Shown here piece by piece: positions 19,290 through 29,481 of a DNA stretch of 54,165 nucleotides. Origin of the DNA: Archangiaceae bacterium (GTDB lineage Bacteria > Myxococcota > Myxococcia > Myxococcales > Myxococcaceae); NCBI GenBank assembly GCA_043750125.1, contig JAYVCD010000051.1, positions 1 to 54,165 of the forward strand, written 5' to 3'. The notes under the pieces were generated by a model. The model saw only the letters and a program-made list of their open reading frames with translations. It did not search any database and was not told where the DNA came from. Within the stretch, counting starts at the first letter, position 1; each line of letters begins with the position of its first letter. The translations under genes were made by a program, and so were the position numbers.

Positions 19290-21794
19290 TCAGGTCCCTT
19301 CACCGGCGGGCTCGATGCGGCGGGCCATCAACACCGGCAGCACGAGCAACACCGCGGCGACCGCCATCAGCTCTCCGCAGATGGCGGCCCAGCCGAAGCT
19401 GCGCAGCGCTCCGGACTGAGCCATCAGCAAGGACGCATACCCAATCGTGGTCGTGAGCGAGCAAAGGAAGATAGCTCCTCCCATGCGGGCGCACGCCCGG
19501 CGGGCGTCGGTCTTGAACGCGTCCATCGCGCCCAGCAGGTTGACGACGTAGTCCGACCCGATTCCGATCGTGATCGGCAGGGCGGCGAAGTCGAGCATGT
19601 TGAGCTGCACTCCGACGGCGAGCAGGTTCGCCTGAGCGAGCAGCGCGACGACTCCCACGGTGCCGACGACGAGGAAGATTCGCAGCGGCCGGCGAACCAG
19701 CAGGGGGGTGAGCACCAGCGCGACCAGCAAGGCGACGACCAGAATGATCTTCGGGCCCTCGTCGTGCACCAGTCGAATGATCTCGGCCATGAAGAGAAAG
19801 CCACCGCCGATCACCGCGTCGTTCGGCCGTTCGACTTTCTGAAGCTCATCGACGAACGCGAGCACGTTGCGCGAGTCGTTGTAGTCAATCTTCAGCGACG
19901 GAAAGAGCAGCACCACGCGATCGGTGCGCCCATCGATTTCGGTGAAGTTCGCCTTCAGCGTCGCGGGAAGATTCGAAACGGTGATGGTTTCCAGGGCCGC
20001 AGGGGCAAAGAGGCGGTCGAGCCACGGCCGCGCCTTCGCAGGAACCTTCTCGGGCGGAACGGTCTTCAGGACCTTCGAGAGCTTCTTCAGCTTCTCGATG
20101 CGCCGCTGCTGCTCGGCCAGGGGCAGCACCCATTGGTCCACCGTTTCGATTCGTTCGGCCAGTCGGCGCGGACCTTCGACCATCGTCTTGCGCAGCCCCG
20201 CGGCCAGCGGCTCTCGATGCGCGGGGTCGTCGACCAGCACCGCGACGGGGTTCAGCCACATGCCCATCACCTCGGCCAGCCGGGCGTCCCACGAGGCGCT
20301 GCCGTGCTTCAGCGAGTCGCGGTTTCTCAAACCCAGCAGGTCGGTCTCGTAGACCCCGTGCTTGAGCGCGTAGCGAACCCCGAATGCGGCCCCCAGCAGC
20401 GCCAGCAGGACAAAGCCCCCGGCGACCCACCCCGGCAACTTCGGCCGGCTGAAGAAAGACAGGACGAGGCGCTGGGTCTTGCTCTGGCCGCTGCTGCGGG
20501 GCGGGTTGAAGAGCGCGATCGCGACTGGCATCGAAACCATCGTGAAGGCCCAGGTGGTGATCATTCCCAGGCCGCCGATCCACCCGAACTGGGAAAAGCC
20601 CTTGAAGTTCGAGACCGCGAGCCCGCCATACGCCGCCGACGCCGCCAGCGACGCGGCCAGGGTGCCGAAGAAGGCCTGCCGCGAGGCGCTGAGCACCGCG
20701 TGGGGCCGGGGCTCGTCGGCGGCGCGCGAGCGGTAATAGGCGAGGACCAGCAGGGGAAAGTTGATTCCGTTGCCCGCGATGATCGACCCCAGAAACGCGG
20801 TGTTCGAGTTGAGGTGGTGGACGGTGAGCCGACCGATCGCGAAGGTGAAGATCAACCCCGGGGCGAGCGCGAACAGCACGGTGAACAGCCCCCGCAACGA
20901 CCGGAAGTAAAGGAGGATCACCGCGCCCACCAGCAGGAAGACGACCAGCGACGAGAGCGCAATGTCCGCCACGATGGCGTCGTGTTCCTCGATCAGGTTC
21001 GCCAGCTCTCCGTTGAAGGCGACGACCAGCCCGGGCGGGTAGTGGGGTCGCATCACGGCGACTTCCTGTTGAACAGCGGTGAGCAGCCGCAGCGCCGGGT
21101 CGAACTCGGTCTCAGAGCCCGAGAGCTGAATCATCATCACCACCCGCTTTCCTCCCGGGGTCTCGAAGAAGCCGGTGGGGAAACGATCGTTTTGCTGAAT
21201 CTCGCGGGAAAGCTGGTCTTCGAGCTCTTTTGGGTCGGGAGCCGCCTCGTCCTCGAGGTCGACGAACAGCGGGTTGGCCTCGAGCTTGGCTCGGTTGATC
21301 GACTTTTCGGCCTGGGCCATCGCCTGGTCGAACTTCTCGGTGGGCAGCAGCAGCAGCAGGTGCGCTCGCGCCCACTCACACTCTTCGTGACAGCCGACCT
21401 GAATCAACTTCGTTTCGGGCAGCTTGCGCGCCTCGACCCGCTGTCCCAGCTCGCGAATGAAGCGGCGGTTGGCCTCGCCGTCGGGCGACTCGACGATCAC
21501 CACCAGGCGCGTCTGGGAACCGAGGCGCTTTTGAATCGCTTCGATCGCGCGCACTGCGGGAGCGTCGGGCGGCAGCAGCTCGGTAAAGCCCGCCCGAACG
21601 TCCGAGAAGAATTGCGCGGTCAACACCAACGGGTAGACGCACAGCAGAGCCAGCAGCAGGGCCGCAGTTTTTGGGCGGGCGTCGACCCACTGCAACAAGC
21701 GCAGCAGCACAGAAGATGAAGGGCTGGCCGGGGTCAATGCCGTCACCCGCCGACAAATACCATCTGGGTCCCGACCGCAGTTCTCAAAATCCAC
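19290..21794 (-). CDS. MMPL/RND family lipid transporter
   Basis: Two repeats of a periplasmic domain plus TM bundle; GIGSDY, SLTTTIGYASL; start uncertain. Confidence 0.9.
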   Translation of the reverse strand: MDFENCGRDPDGICRRVTALTPASPSSSVLLRLLQWVDARPKTAALLLALLCVYPLVLTAQFFSDVRAGFTELLPPDAPAVRAIEAIQKRLGSQTRLVVIVESPDGEANRRFIRELGQRVEARKLPETKLIQVGCHEECEWARAHLLLLLPTEKFDQAMAQAEKSINRAKLEANPLFVDLEDEAAPDPKELEDQLSREIQQNDRFPTGFFETPGGKRVVMMIQLSGSETEFDPALRLLTAVQQEVAVMRPHYPPGLVVAFNGELANLIEEHDAIVADIALSSLVVFLLVGAVILLYFRSLRGLFTVLFALAPGLIFTFAIGRLTVHHLNSNTAFLGSIIAGNGINFPLLVLAYYRSRAADEPRPHAVLSASRQAFFGTLAASLAASAAYGGLAVSNFKGFSQFGWIGGLGMITTWAFTMVSMPVAIALFNPPRSSGQSKTQRLVLSFFSRPKLPGWVAGGFVLLALLGAAFGVRYALKHGVYETDLLGLRNRDSLKHGSASWDARLAEVMGMWLNPVAVLVDDPAHREPLAAGLRKTMVEGPRRLAERIETVDQWVLPLAEQQRRIEKLKKLSKVLKTVPPEKVPAKARPWLDRLFAPAALETITVSNLPATLKANFTEIDGRTDRVVLLFPSLKIDYNDSRNVLAFVDELQKVERPNDAVIGGGFLFMAEIIRLVHDEGPKIILVVALLVALVLTPLLVRRPLRIFLVVGTVGVVALLAQANLLAVGVQLNMLDFAALPITIGIGSDYVVNLLGAMDAFKTDARRACARMGGAIFLCSLTTTIGYASLLMAQSGALRSFGWAAICGELMAVAAVLLVLPVLMARRIEPAGEGT

Positions 21795-21809
21795 CCGCAG
21801 ACAACGAAG

Positions 21810-22814
21810 TCAGGGACTGTGCCGTTCGGGGTGGGCCAACAGGGTCTCGGGCGAGGCTTCCACCGGCTGCGCAGGCGACATGATCAGCGCGGCCAGGAAT
21901 CCCAGGCCGACCCAGAGCAACACCGCCAGGTGGAACAACACCCCCATCGCGATCGCGTTGCCGCGCGACAGATTGAGCACTTCGGCGGCCAGGGAGTACC
22001 CCATCTCGATGACCCCGACCTGCCCGGGAATGGCATCGCCCGCAGACGAGGCGACGAGATTGATGCCTTGCGACCCAAAGCCTTCGACGATTCCAAAAGT
22101 CCCGCCCACGGCAACCAGCAGCACCATCCGTTGAAGGGTGTCGACGACTCGGCTGAGCACGATGAAGAACAGGGGCCGTCCGATGTTTTGCTGCTCGTTC
22201 CTCAAGTGCTGGTCGACCTTCGAGCCCCAGGCCGCGCCACCCGGAAAAAAACGGCCGAGCTTCGCGACGAAGCCCGCGTGGCGACCGGCGACGATCATCG
22301 CCGAGGCGAGCAGCGCGCTGATCGCGAAGTGACCGAGCACCGCCCAGAAGAGCCAGCCGGTGCCCACCAGCAGCCAGGCGGCGATCAGGCAGGGCACCGA
22401 AATGATCGCGTTGCCCAGCAACGTGACCGCTTGAATCTGCGCAGCCGCAGCAGCCGCGCGCGCAGAGCCGACATAGCGCGAGAGCATCGCCGCCCGCGCC
22501 GCTTCGCCCACGGCGCGCCCAAACGGGAACACCACCACCACCGCGAAGCTGAACATGCTCGAGCGCCAGATTTCGCGCGCAGGAATCCCGCGACGAAGAG
22601 GTCCGTACAGCAACAGCAGCGCCCACGACTCGAAGCCCACCACCAACGCCTGCAGCAGCACCACCAGCGGGAACATCAGCGGGGCATGCGTCACTGCGTC
22701 CCAGACCGACCGGGGGTCCGAATGGTAGACGAGCAAAGCGAGGCAGCCAAAGCCCAGAATCGCCGCCGAGGCGCGACCCAGGCTCGAGCGCGCGAAGGCA
22801 GAGAGCTTCTTCAT
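21810..22814 (-). CDS. Lysylphosphatidylglycerol synthase TM-domain (flippase-like) membrane protein
   Basis: Multiple TM helices; P.GRAVGEAAR and IPGQVGVIE motifs; 4-bp overlap with the upstream gene. Confidence 0.8.
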   Translation of the reverse strand: MKKLSAFARSSLGRASAAILGFGCLALLVYHSDPRSVWDAVTHAPLMFPLVVLLQALVVGFESWALLLLYGPLRRGIPAREIWRSSMFSFAVVVVFPFGRAVGEAARAAMLSRYVGSARAAAAAAQIQAVTLLGNAIISVPCLIAAWLLVGTGWLFWAVLGHFAISALLASAMIVAGRHAGFVAKLGRFFPGGAAWGSKVDQHLRNEQQNIGRPLFFIVLSRVVDTLQRMVLLVAVGGTFGIVEGFGSQGINLVASSAGDAIPGQVGVIEMGYSLAAEVLNLSRGNAIAMGVLFHLAVLLWVGLGFLAALIMSPAQPVEASPETLLAHPERHSP

Positions 22815-24139
22815 CCGGCGATGGCCGAACCGCTTTTCTTCGCCAGCGCGAGGACGTCTCCCAGGCTGCGCCAGACCGTCTCGAAGGCATCGGCGTAGGC
22901 TTCACAGAGCGCCATCGACTGCGCGACCAGAGGGTAGCTTTGCGAAAACAACACCACCGAGCTTGCGAGCAGGGCCGTCGTCTCGGGGTACTGGTCCAGC
23001 GCGTAGCTCACCGGTGCGCCCAGCGCCCACGGAATGCCCTTCCCGTAACCCACCTGGTCGCGGAACAGCTTTTGAGCGGGCACCGGCATCGTCTGCCACA
23101 GCACCGCGTCGACCCCTTCGGCCTTCAACGCGATCAGCACCGCGTCGCGCACCACCTGGGGAGCCTCGTCGATGCCGAGCTTCGTCGCGTCGAGACGAAC
23201 GCGGTACTTGTGAAAGCAGCTGGTGTCGCCGGGGCTCAGCTGCGGAGCCGTGACGCCCGGCAGCTGCGAGAGCCTGGCATTCAAGTACGCCGCGTTGGCC
23301 TGAGCATTGGCGACCCGCGCGTCGAGCCACTGCAGTTGGCTGCGGGCCACCGCCGCCGACAGCTCGGTGATGCGGTACATCCACCCCATCGAGGTCGAGT
23401 CGTAGGCGCGGTTGCCATCGAGGGGACGATCGAGCCGGTAGCTCTGCGCATCGCCCGGCTGCAGGTCCTCGCCGAACATCCGGGTCCGGTTGGCGCGCTC
23501 GAACATCTGATCGTCGTTGGTGACGAACAGGCCTCCCTCGCCACAGGCGAGCGTCTTGGACGATTGCAGGCTGAAGCAGCCGCTGGCTCCGAATGAGCCG
23601 ACCTTTCGGCCTGCGTGGGTGCTGCCGTGCGCCTGGGCCGCGTCTTCGATCATCACCAGGTTGTGCCGGGTGGCAATCGCAGTCAGCGCGTCGAGATCGC
23701 AGGGGGTGCCGTGAATGTGCACCGGGATGATCGCTTTGGTCCGCGCAGTGATCGCCCGCTCGACCAGCGCCGGGTTGAGACCCAACGTCTTCGGCTCGAC
23801 ATCGACGAAGACGGGAATCGCGTTGTGGTGCAGCACCGAGAGCGCAGTCGCGACGAAGCTGAAGGCCGGCATCAAGACTTCATCGCCAGGCCCGACGCCC
23901 GCCGCAGCGACCGCCACGTGCAGCGCTGCCGTGCCGCTGTTGGTGGCAAGGCAATGCTTCACTCCGAGGTACTGCGCGAACTCGCGTTCGAGAGCTCGCA
24001 CTTCAGGCGCGTGCGGGCCAGAGAGCACTCCGCGTTCAATCACGCGGAGCACCGCTTCCCGTTCGGCGGCACCGAGTACAGGCCAGCGAACGTGTGCCCC
24101 GGAAGAAACTCGGGGCGTCCCACCGTTCACCGCAAGCAT
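22811..24139 (-). CDS. DegT/DnrJ/EryC1/StrS PLP aminotransferase
   Basis: NSGTAALH, IPVHIHG, IEDAAQAHG, FSLQSSKTLACGEGG. Confidence 0.93.
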   Translation of the reverse strand: MLAVNGGTPRVSSGAHVRWPVLGAAEREAVLRVIERGVLSGPHAPEVRALEREFAQYLGVKHCLATNSGTAALHVAVAAAGVGPGDEVLMPAFSFVATALSVLHHNAIPVFVDVEPKTLGLNPALVERAITARTKAIIPVHIHGTPCDLDALTAIATRHNLVMIEDAAQAHGSTHAGRKVGSFGASGCFSLQSSKTLACGEGGLFVTNDDQMFERANRTRMFGEDLQPGDAQSYRLDRPLDGNRAYDSTSMGWMYRITELSAAVARSQLQWLDARVANAQANAAYLNARLSQLPGVTAPQLSPGDTSCFHKYRVRLDATKLGIDEAPQVVRDAVLIALKAEGVDAVLWQTMPVPAQKLFRDQVGYGKGIPWALGAPVSYALDQYPETTALLASSVVLFSQSYPLVAQSMALCEAYADAFETVWRSLGDVLALAKKSGSAIAG

Positions 24140-24149
24140 GGCCGAGCCG

Positions 24150-25403
24150 TTACCCAGTCGCCAGGCGACCGCCCGAGACTGCCGCTTTCACGGCGACCGG
24201 CTGGTCTTTGCCCACGACGCGGGTGCCCACGGTCTTCGCCCATTTCTCGAGCAGGCCGTACTGCTTGAACAGGTCGTGCATCGGGCGTTCGCCTTCGCTC
24301 GCGTACGGCGACTTGAAGAACAAAGACATCTGCCGCTGGATCCCGGCATCGCCATTGCGCATCGCCACGTCCATCAAGCGGAAGAGGTCGATGACCAACG
24401 GAGCGGCAAGAATCGAATCTTTGCAGAGGAAGTTGACCTTGATCTGCATCCGCTCGCCGAGGAAGCCTTCGATGTCGATGTTGTCCCACGCTTCCTTCGC
24501 GTCGCCGCGCGGCGGGTAGTAGTGGATGTGGACCTGGTGGTTGGGCACCTTGTACCCAAGGATGTCGTCGATGACGCCGATCTTGCTCTGGATCTTGGTC
24601 TTGTTCGACTCGGGGTCGTTGAGCACCAGCCCGTCGTTGTTGCCGAGGATGTTGGTGGAGTACCAGCCTTCGACCTTGAACTCGCGAATCGCAAAGGCGG
24701 GCGCGAGGACGGTCTTCATCATCGTCTGACCGGTCTTCCCGTCTTCGCCGCAGATCGGAATGCCCGACATCTCAGAGAGCTTCTCGAGCGCGGGAATCTT
24801 GGTCAGGCTGGGAGTGAAGTTGACGTGGGGCACGCCCATCTTGCACGAGACGTAGAGGTACTTCATCGCCGGCGAGATGCGCGCGTCCGAGGCGTTGAGC
24901 GCGGCTTCGAAGGCCGGCACCGTCTTGTGAATGTCGCTGACCTCGGTGAACTTTTCGGTCGAGGCGAGGTTGACCATCACCACCCGGTCGAGATTGTGCA
25001 GCTTCTTGAACGAGGTGATGTTGTCCGAGAGGATCTTGATTTCGTCGCGGAAGGTGTCCGCGCCGACCAGGTGCTTGCCGGCCATGCTGTGAAGAAACTT
25101 CGACGACACCACGCCCGGCCAGGGCTTGATGTTGATCAGGTCTTCCTTCACCTGGTCGAGCATGTGCTTGGGAACCACCCCGTGGGTCAACGCCGCGTCG
25201 TAGACGCTGTCGGCGCGCAGATCCCAACCGCCGAACACCAGCTTCTCGAGCGGAACCACGTCCAGCATCTTCGCCAGGGGTCCATCGGTGAGCATTCCGT
25301 TTCGGGGAGACAGCCCCTTCTTCATCAGGGCCACGCCCGCAACGATGGTGCTGGTAACTGCGCCGTTCAAACCGACAAAGACCACTCCAAGAGATTCGTT
25401 CAC
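24150..25403 (-). CDS. ino1: myo-inositol-1-phosphate synthase
   Basis: GLNGAV, FGGWD, NLASTE, DGKTGQT, NILGNNDG, GDAKEAWD, CKDSILAAPL, FFKSP; GTG start at 25403. Confidence 0.95.
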   Translation of the reverse strand: MNESLGVVFVGLNGAVTSTIVAGVALMKKGLSPRNGMLTDGPLAKMLDVVPLEKLVFGGWDLRADSVYDAALTHGVVPKHMLDQVKEDLINIKPWPGVVSSKFLHSMAGKHLVGADTFRDEIKILSDNITSFKKLHNLDRVVMVNLASTEKFTEVSDIHKTVPAFEAALNASDARISPAMKYLYVSCKMGVPHVNFTPSLTKIPALEKLSEMSGIPICGEDGKTGQTMMKTVLAPAFAIREFKVEGWYSTNILGNNDGLVLNDPESNKTKIQSKIGVIDDILGYKVPNHQVHIHYYPPRGDAKEAWDNIDIEGFLGERMQIKVNFLCKDSILAAPLVIDLFRLMDVAMRNGDAGIQRQMSLFFKSPYASEGERPMHDLFKQYGLLEKWAKTVGTRVVGKDQPVAVKAAVSGGRLATG

Positions 25404-25425
25404 GTTTTTGTCCCCAAAGAAAAAG

Positions 25426-26997
25426 TTACTGGCCCCGCAGGACCATCGCCTGCAGAAGTTCTCGACGGCTCTGATCAATGATGCGCGGAAACTTGTTCTG
25501 AACGCTGTTCATCCCCATCTCTTGCATGAAGCGCCCGGTGGACCCCTTCGGCAGCGCTATCACGACAGGTGACAAAATCGCCACGTCCTTGATCCGGTGT
25601 TCCCGGTAGACCCGGTTCTGCAGACAGAGCTCCTTATCGACCGAAGTCGTGAAGGACTGCAAGTCGGCGGGGGCGCGGTCGAACTCGACGAAGAAAAGGT
25701 ATCGGCCCTTGGCGGTGCCATCGATTCCCACTTCCGAGGACGCGGTGAAGTCGACCAGCGAGCAGGGGTTGACCCGGGTGGCTTCGCTGACGGCGCGCTC
25801 GAGCTCGATGAATGAGGTGAGCTCCTGGGTGACCGAGAGGACGCCTCCGGTGCGGCCGGCGAACTCCATGCGGTGCGGGAAGACCGAGCTGAAGCGAATC
25901 ACATCGCCCATGAAGTAGCTGTACAGCCCGGACGAGGTAGTGACCGCGATCGAGTAGTCGACCCCGGGCTCGACCGCCCACATCGGAACCCGCTTCGCGT
26001 CGCTCTTCCCATGGTCGGCGCGGAGCACGAACTCGAAGAACACCCCACGGTCGGGGATCATCAACATTCCGTTGTCGTCGCTGCGATCGGTCGCGGCGAA
26101 CAGCCCGCCTTCGGTCGCGTTGTAGTTGTCGATCAACGTGGTCTGCCGACCCATGCGTTCGTTGATGATCTGACGGTAGGGGCCGGCGTGAACGCCCCCG
26201 CCGAACAGCGCGGTGAGGTTGGGCCAGATCTCGGCGACGGTCGACACGTTGCGGCCGCGCTTGTTGGCGGTCGCGATCAAACGATCGAAGAAAATCGAGA
26301 ACCAGCAGGTGGTGCCGGTGATGCCGCGGACGTCGTGGTCGAGGTAGGCCTCGGCCATCGCGTCGAGCTTCTGGTCGTAGACTTCGATGTCACGCACCGG
26401 CGGCTGCGGAAGCTGAATCAACCGGGCCGCGCGCGGCATGTGCAGCTGCATCAACCCGGGGTTCGACGAGATCCCGACCGGGCCGTCTTTGCGGATCAGC
26501 GCCGGAGGCAACAGCCCCAGCATGTAGCCGCCGGTCAGCCGCTTGTCGCCGCTGAGGTCCAGGTAGCGGGCGATGATGTCGAAGCCCGCGCGCTGCTGCC
26601 AACGAATCTGCTCGTTGGAAATCGGCAGGTACTTGTGGGCCGCGGTGGTGTTCGAGCTGCCTGACGAGTGCCCGTAATATTCGATGAAGCCCGGGTAGAG
26701 GATGTTGCGCTCGCCCTTGCGCATTCGCTCGAGGTACGGCTCGAAGTCGGCGTAGATCCGCAGCGGAACGCGAGCGGCGTATTCCGCGTACGACGAGATG
26801 GTGTCGAACTTGTGGGCGCGACCGAACTCGGTTTGCGCCGCGCCCCGCACGTGCGCCAACAGCGTCTGTTCCTGCACCTTGCGCAGCCGGGAAGGAGAAG
26901 CCGCGCGGCGGTTCCACTGAAGCACCCGAACTTTTGCGGCGGCCCAAAGGGCAGAACCGGTCGCAAAGTCGGCGCGTGCAATGAGGGGTCGCTTCAT
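25426..26997 (-). CDS. GH3-family acyl-adenylate/amide synthetase
   Basis: TEFGRAH, SSGSS P-loop, IWPNL, YNATEG, TTSSGLYSYFMGD, FAGRT, QNKFPRI. Confidence 0.9.
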   Translation of the reverse strand: MKRPLIARADFATGSALWAAAKVRVLQWNRRAASPSRLRKVQEQTLLAHVRGAAQTEFGRAHKFDTISSYAEYAARVPLRIYADFEPYLERMRKGERNILYPGFIEYYGHSSGSSNTTAAHKYLPISNEQIRWQQRAGFDIIARYLDLSGDKRLTGGYMLGLLPPALIRKDGPVGISSNPGLMQLHMPRAARLIQLPQPPVRDIEVYDQKLDAMAEAYLDHDVRGITGTTCWFSIFFDRLIATANKRGRNVSTVAEIWPNLTALFGGGVHAGPYRQIINERMGRQTTLIDNYNATEGGLFAATDRSDDNGMLMIPDRGVFFEFVLRADHGKSDAKRVPMWAVEPGVDYSIAVTTSSGLYSYFMGDVIRFSSVFPHRMEFAGRTGGVLSVTQELTSFIELERAVSEATRVNPCSLVDFTASSEVGIDGTAKGRYLFFVEFDRAPADLQSFTTSVDKELCLQNRVYREHRIKDVAILSPVVIALPKGSTGRFMQEMGMNSVQNKFPRIIDQSRRELLQAMVLRGQ

Positions 26998-27280
26998 GGG
27001 GGTCAAGGGCGCGGACTAAGTACAGCCCGGCGCGAGAGTCAATGGGGCCTGCCCATCGGGAAAGAGAGAGACGATTCGAAGCGGAAAACAGACGCGCACC
27101 GACGTTCCGGATCGCACGTGCCACGCCACACCCAACCCCTGAAAATCGGGTGCGCAGTCCGCCCAACTGCGCAGCAGTCTGCGCAGTGCAACCCGGGCTG
27201 TCAGTCGAAGCTGCAGTGCAAAGCAGAAATTGTGATACCAACCCGCGCACCCCGCCTGATCGAAATCGAAGCGAAAAACG

Positions 27281-28231
27281 ATGACGAAAACTGAGTATCG
27301 AATTGCGAATGCGCCCTGCTCCTGGGGGATTCTAGATTTTGATCCGACCCATCAGATCGGGTTTTCCAAGCTGCTGGACGAGATTTCTGCGACCGGTTAC
27401 GCCGGCACCGAGCTGGGCGCGTGGGGCTTCATGCCCACCGACGCCGCCAAGCTGCACAGCGAGCTGACCCAGCGCGCCCTGGCGATGGTCGGAGCCTTCG
27501 TCCAGGTGAGCCTCACCGACGAGAAAGCCCACGCCTCGGGCATCGAGACGGCGGTTCGCACCGCGGCGCTGCTGGCGGCCGTTCATCGGATGCAGCCTGA
27601 TGCGCCGGCGCCTCCGCTGGTGCTCTCGGACACCATCGGTGGCAATCCGATGCGAGCCCAGCGCGCCGGCCGCATTCGCCGCGAAGACGGGCTGAAGCCC
27701 GCCCAGTGGGACGTGTTTGCCCGGGGCGCGAATCGAATCGCAGCTGCCGTGCGCGAAGCCACCGGAGTGCGAACGGTCTTTCATCACCACTGCGCAGGCT
27801 TCGTCGAGACGCCAGAAGAAGTCAGCGCCCTGATGGATCGCACCGACCCGACACTGCTGGGGCTGTGCCTCGACACCGGGCACTACACGGTCGGGGGCGG
27901 AGACCAGCTGGGCGACCCGCTGGAAGCGCTGCGCCGCTTTGGCAATCGGGTCTGGCACGTGCATTTCAAGGACTGTCAGCCGGCGGTGGCCGAGATTCGC
28001 GATGGGAACGGCAAGATCACCGGGCACCGTCCGTACTCGGAAGCCGTGAGCAACGACCTGTTTTGCGAGCTGGGAAAAGGAGTGGTCGAGTTTCCAGCGC
28101 TGCTCGCTGAGCTCGATGCCCGCACCTACCAGGGGTGGGTGGTCGTCGAGCAGGACATCTTGCCCGGCGCAGGCGACCCGAAAGCGAGCGCCGGCCGCAA
28201 CCGCGAATACCTGAAGTCTCTGGGGCGCTAA
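27281..28231 (+). CDS. iolE: IolE-like inosose dehydratase (xylose isomerase-like TIM barrel)
   Basis: ANAPCSWG, GYAGTELG, FHHHCAGFVET, LCLDTGH, HVHFKD, FCELGKG, GWVVVEQD. Confidence 0.8.
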   Translation: MTKTEYRIANAPCSWGILDFDPTHQIGFSKLLDEISATGYAGTELGAWGFMPTDAAKLHSELTQRALAMVGAFVQVSLTDEKAHASGIETAVRTAALLAAVHRMQPDAPAPPLVLSDTIGGNPMRAQRAGRIRREDGLKPAQWDVFARGANRIAAAVREATGVRTVFHHHCAGFVETPEEVSALMDRTDPTLLGLCLDTGHYTVGGGDQLGDPLEALRRFGNRVWHVHFKDCQPAVAEIRDGNGKITGHRPYSEAVSNDLFCELGKGVVEFPALLAELDARTYQGWVVVEQDILPGAGDPKASAGRNREYLKSLGR

Positions 28232-28233
28232 CC

Positions 28234-29475
28234 ATGACCACCCCTCTGAAATGGCCCACCTGGCCGGTCGCCGATGAGAACACCTATGCCCGCGTGCGCG
28301 AGGTGCTCGAGAGCGGTCGCTGGGCGATCAGCGGAGCCTCGACGGGCGAGCCGTCGCAAGAGCAGCGGTTCGCCGCCGAGTTTGCGAAGTGGAACGGGGT
28401 GAAGCACTGCGTGACGATGGATCACGGCTCGTCGGCGCTGGTCTCGGCGCTCGAGGCGCTCGACCTGGGTTACGGAGATGAAGTGATCGTCCCCGGGATG
28501 ACGTGGGTGGCCCCGGTGCTGGCGGTGCTGTCGGTGAACGCGACGCCGGTGATCGTCGATGTCGAGCCCGACACCTACTGTCTGTCGGCCGAACGCGCCG
28601 CAGAGGCGGTGACCAAGAAGACCCGCGCGATCCTCCCGGTGCACCTCTACGGCTGCATGGTGGACATGGACGCGATTGAAGCGCTGGCCGCGAAGCACGA
28701 TTTGTGGGTCGTCGAAGACTCGGCCCACAGCCACGGCTCGAAGTGGAAAGGCCGAAACGCCGGCACGATGGGCGACATCGGAATCTTTTCGATGCAGCAG
28801 GGAAAGGTTCTCACCTCGGGCGAGGGCGGAGCGGCAGTCACCGACGACGACACCTTTGCCGAACGGCTCGAGCTGTCGGCGTGGAACTCGCGCCGCCGAT
28901 TGGACCCGAACACCGTCAAGCCGGGCAACCTGCAGCTGGTCGAGACCACGACCCGGTACGGCACCAACCGCTGCCTCTCTGAATTCCAGGCTGCGATTCT
29001 GCTCGACCAGCTTCCGCGGCTCGAAGCGCAGAACCGCAAGCGCGAGAAGAATGCCCATTGGCTCGACGCCAGGCTTTCGGCGATCGAAGGGCTCGAGCCG
29101 ATGCGCAGGCTGCCGCAGATCACCGCTCAGACCTATTACGGCTACGTCATCCGGGTGAAGGCGGCGGCGTTCGGCCAGCCCGCGCTGCCGATGATTCCCC
29201 GACTGCGCGAGCTGCTGGGCATGGGCGATTTTCTGCTGCACGGGGCCTACAAGCCGCTGTCGAACAACCCGCTGTACGCGCCCCACCCGAAGATGCACGC
29301 GCTCGAGCCGGCGTACCGCGCGGCCCTGAAAGTTGCGCATCTGAAGCTGCCAAACTCAGAAGCCGGCTACACGGGCTCGATCGTCTTCCACCACTCGGTG
29401 CTGCTGGGCGACGAGGTGCACATGCAGGCCATCGTCGACGCGTTCACCACTCTTCAGCGCGCCACGAGGTCCTGA
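28234..29475 (+). CDS. Inosose aminotransferase, BtrR/StsC-like (DegT family)
   Basis: WPTWP, GRWAISG, FSMQQGKVLTSGEGG, CLSEFQAAILLDQL, QTYYGYV, IVFHHSVLL match my recollection of BtrR-type aminocyclitol aminotransferases along the full length. Confidence 0.88.
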   Translation: MTTPLKWPTWPVADENTYARVREVLESGRWAISGASTGEPSQEQRFAAEFAKWNGVKHCVTMDHGSSALVSALEALDLGYGDEVIVPGMTWVAPVLAVLSVNATPVIVDVEPDTYCLSAERAAEAVTKKTRAILPVHLYGCMVDMDAIEALAAKHDLWVVEDSAHSHGSKWKGRNAGTMGDIGIFSMQQGKVLTSGEGGAAVTDDDTFAERLELSAWNSRRRLDPNTVKPGNLQLVETTTRYGTNRCLSEFQAAILLDQLPRLEAQNRKREKNAHWLDARLSAIEGLEPMRRLPQITAQTYYGYVIRVKAAAFGQPALPMIPRLRELLGMGDFLLHGAYKPLSNNPLYAPHPKMHALEPAYRAALKVAHLKLPNSEAGYTGSIVFHHSVLLGDEVHMQAIVDAFTTLQRATRS

Positions 29476-29481
29476 GCCGCG

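Noticed and set aside
19014-21719. 901-aa plus-strand ORF and similar long ORFs (e.g. 23715-25481, 29058-30686, 36523-38121)
   Set aside because: Shadow frames overlapping well-supported genes, common in high-GC DNA; no recognisable motifs.
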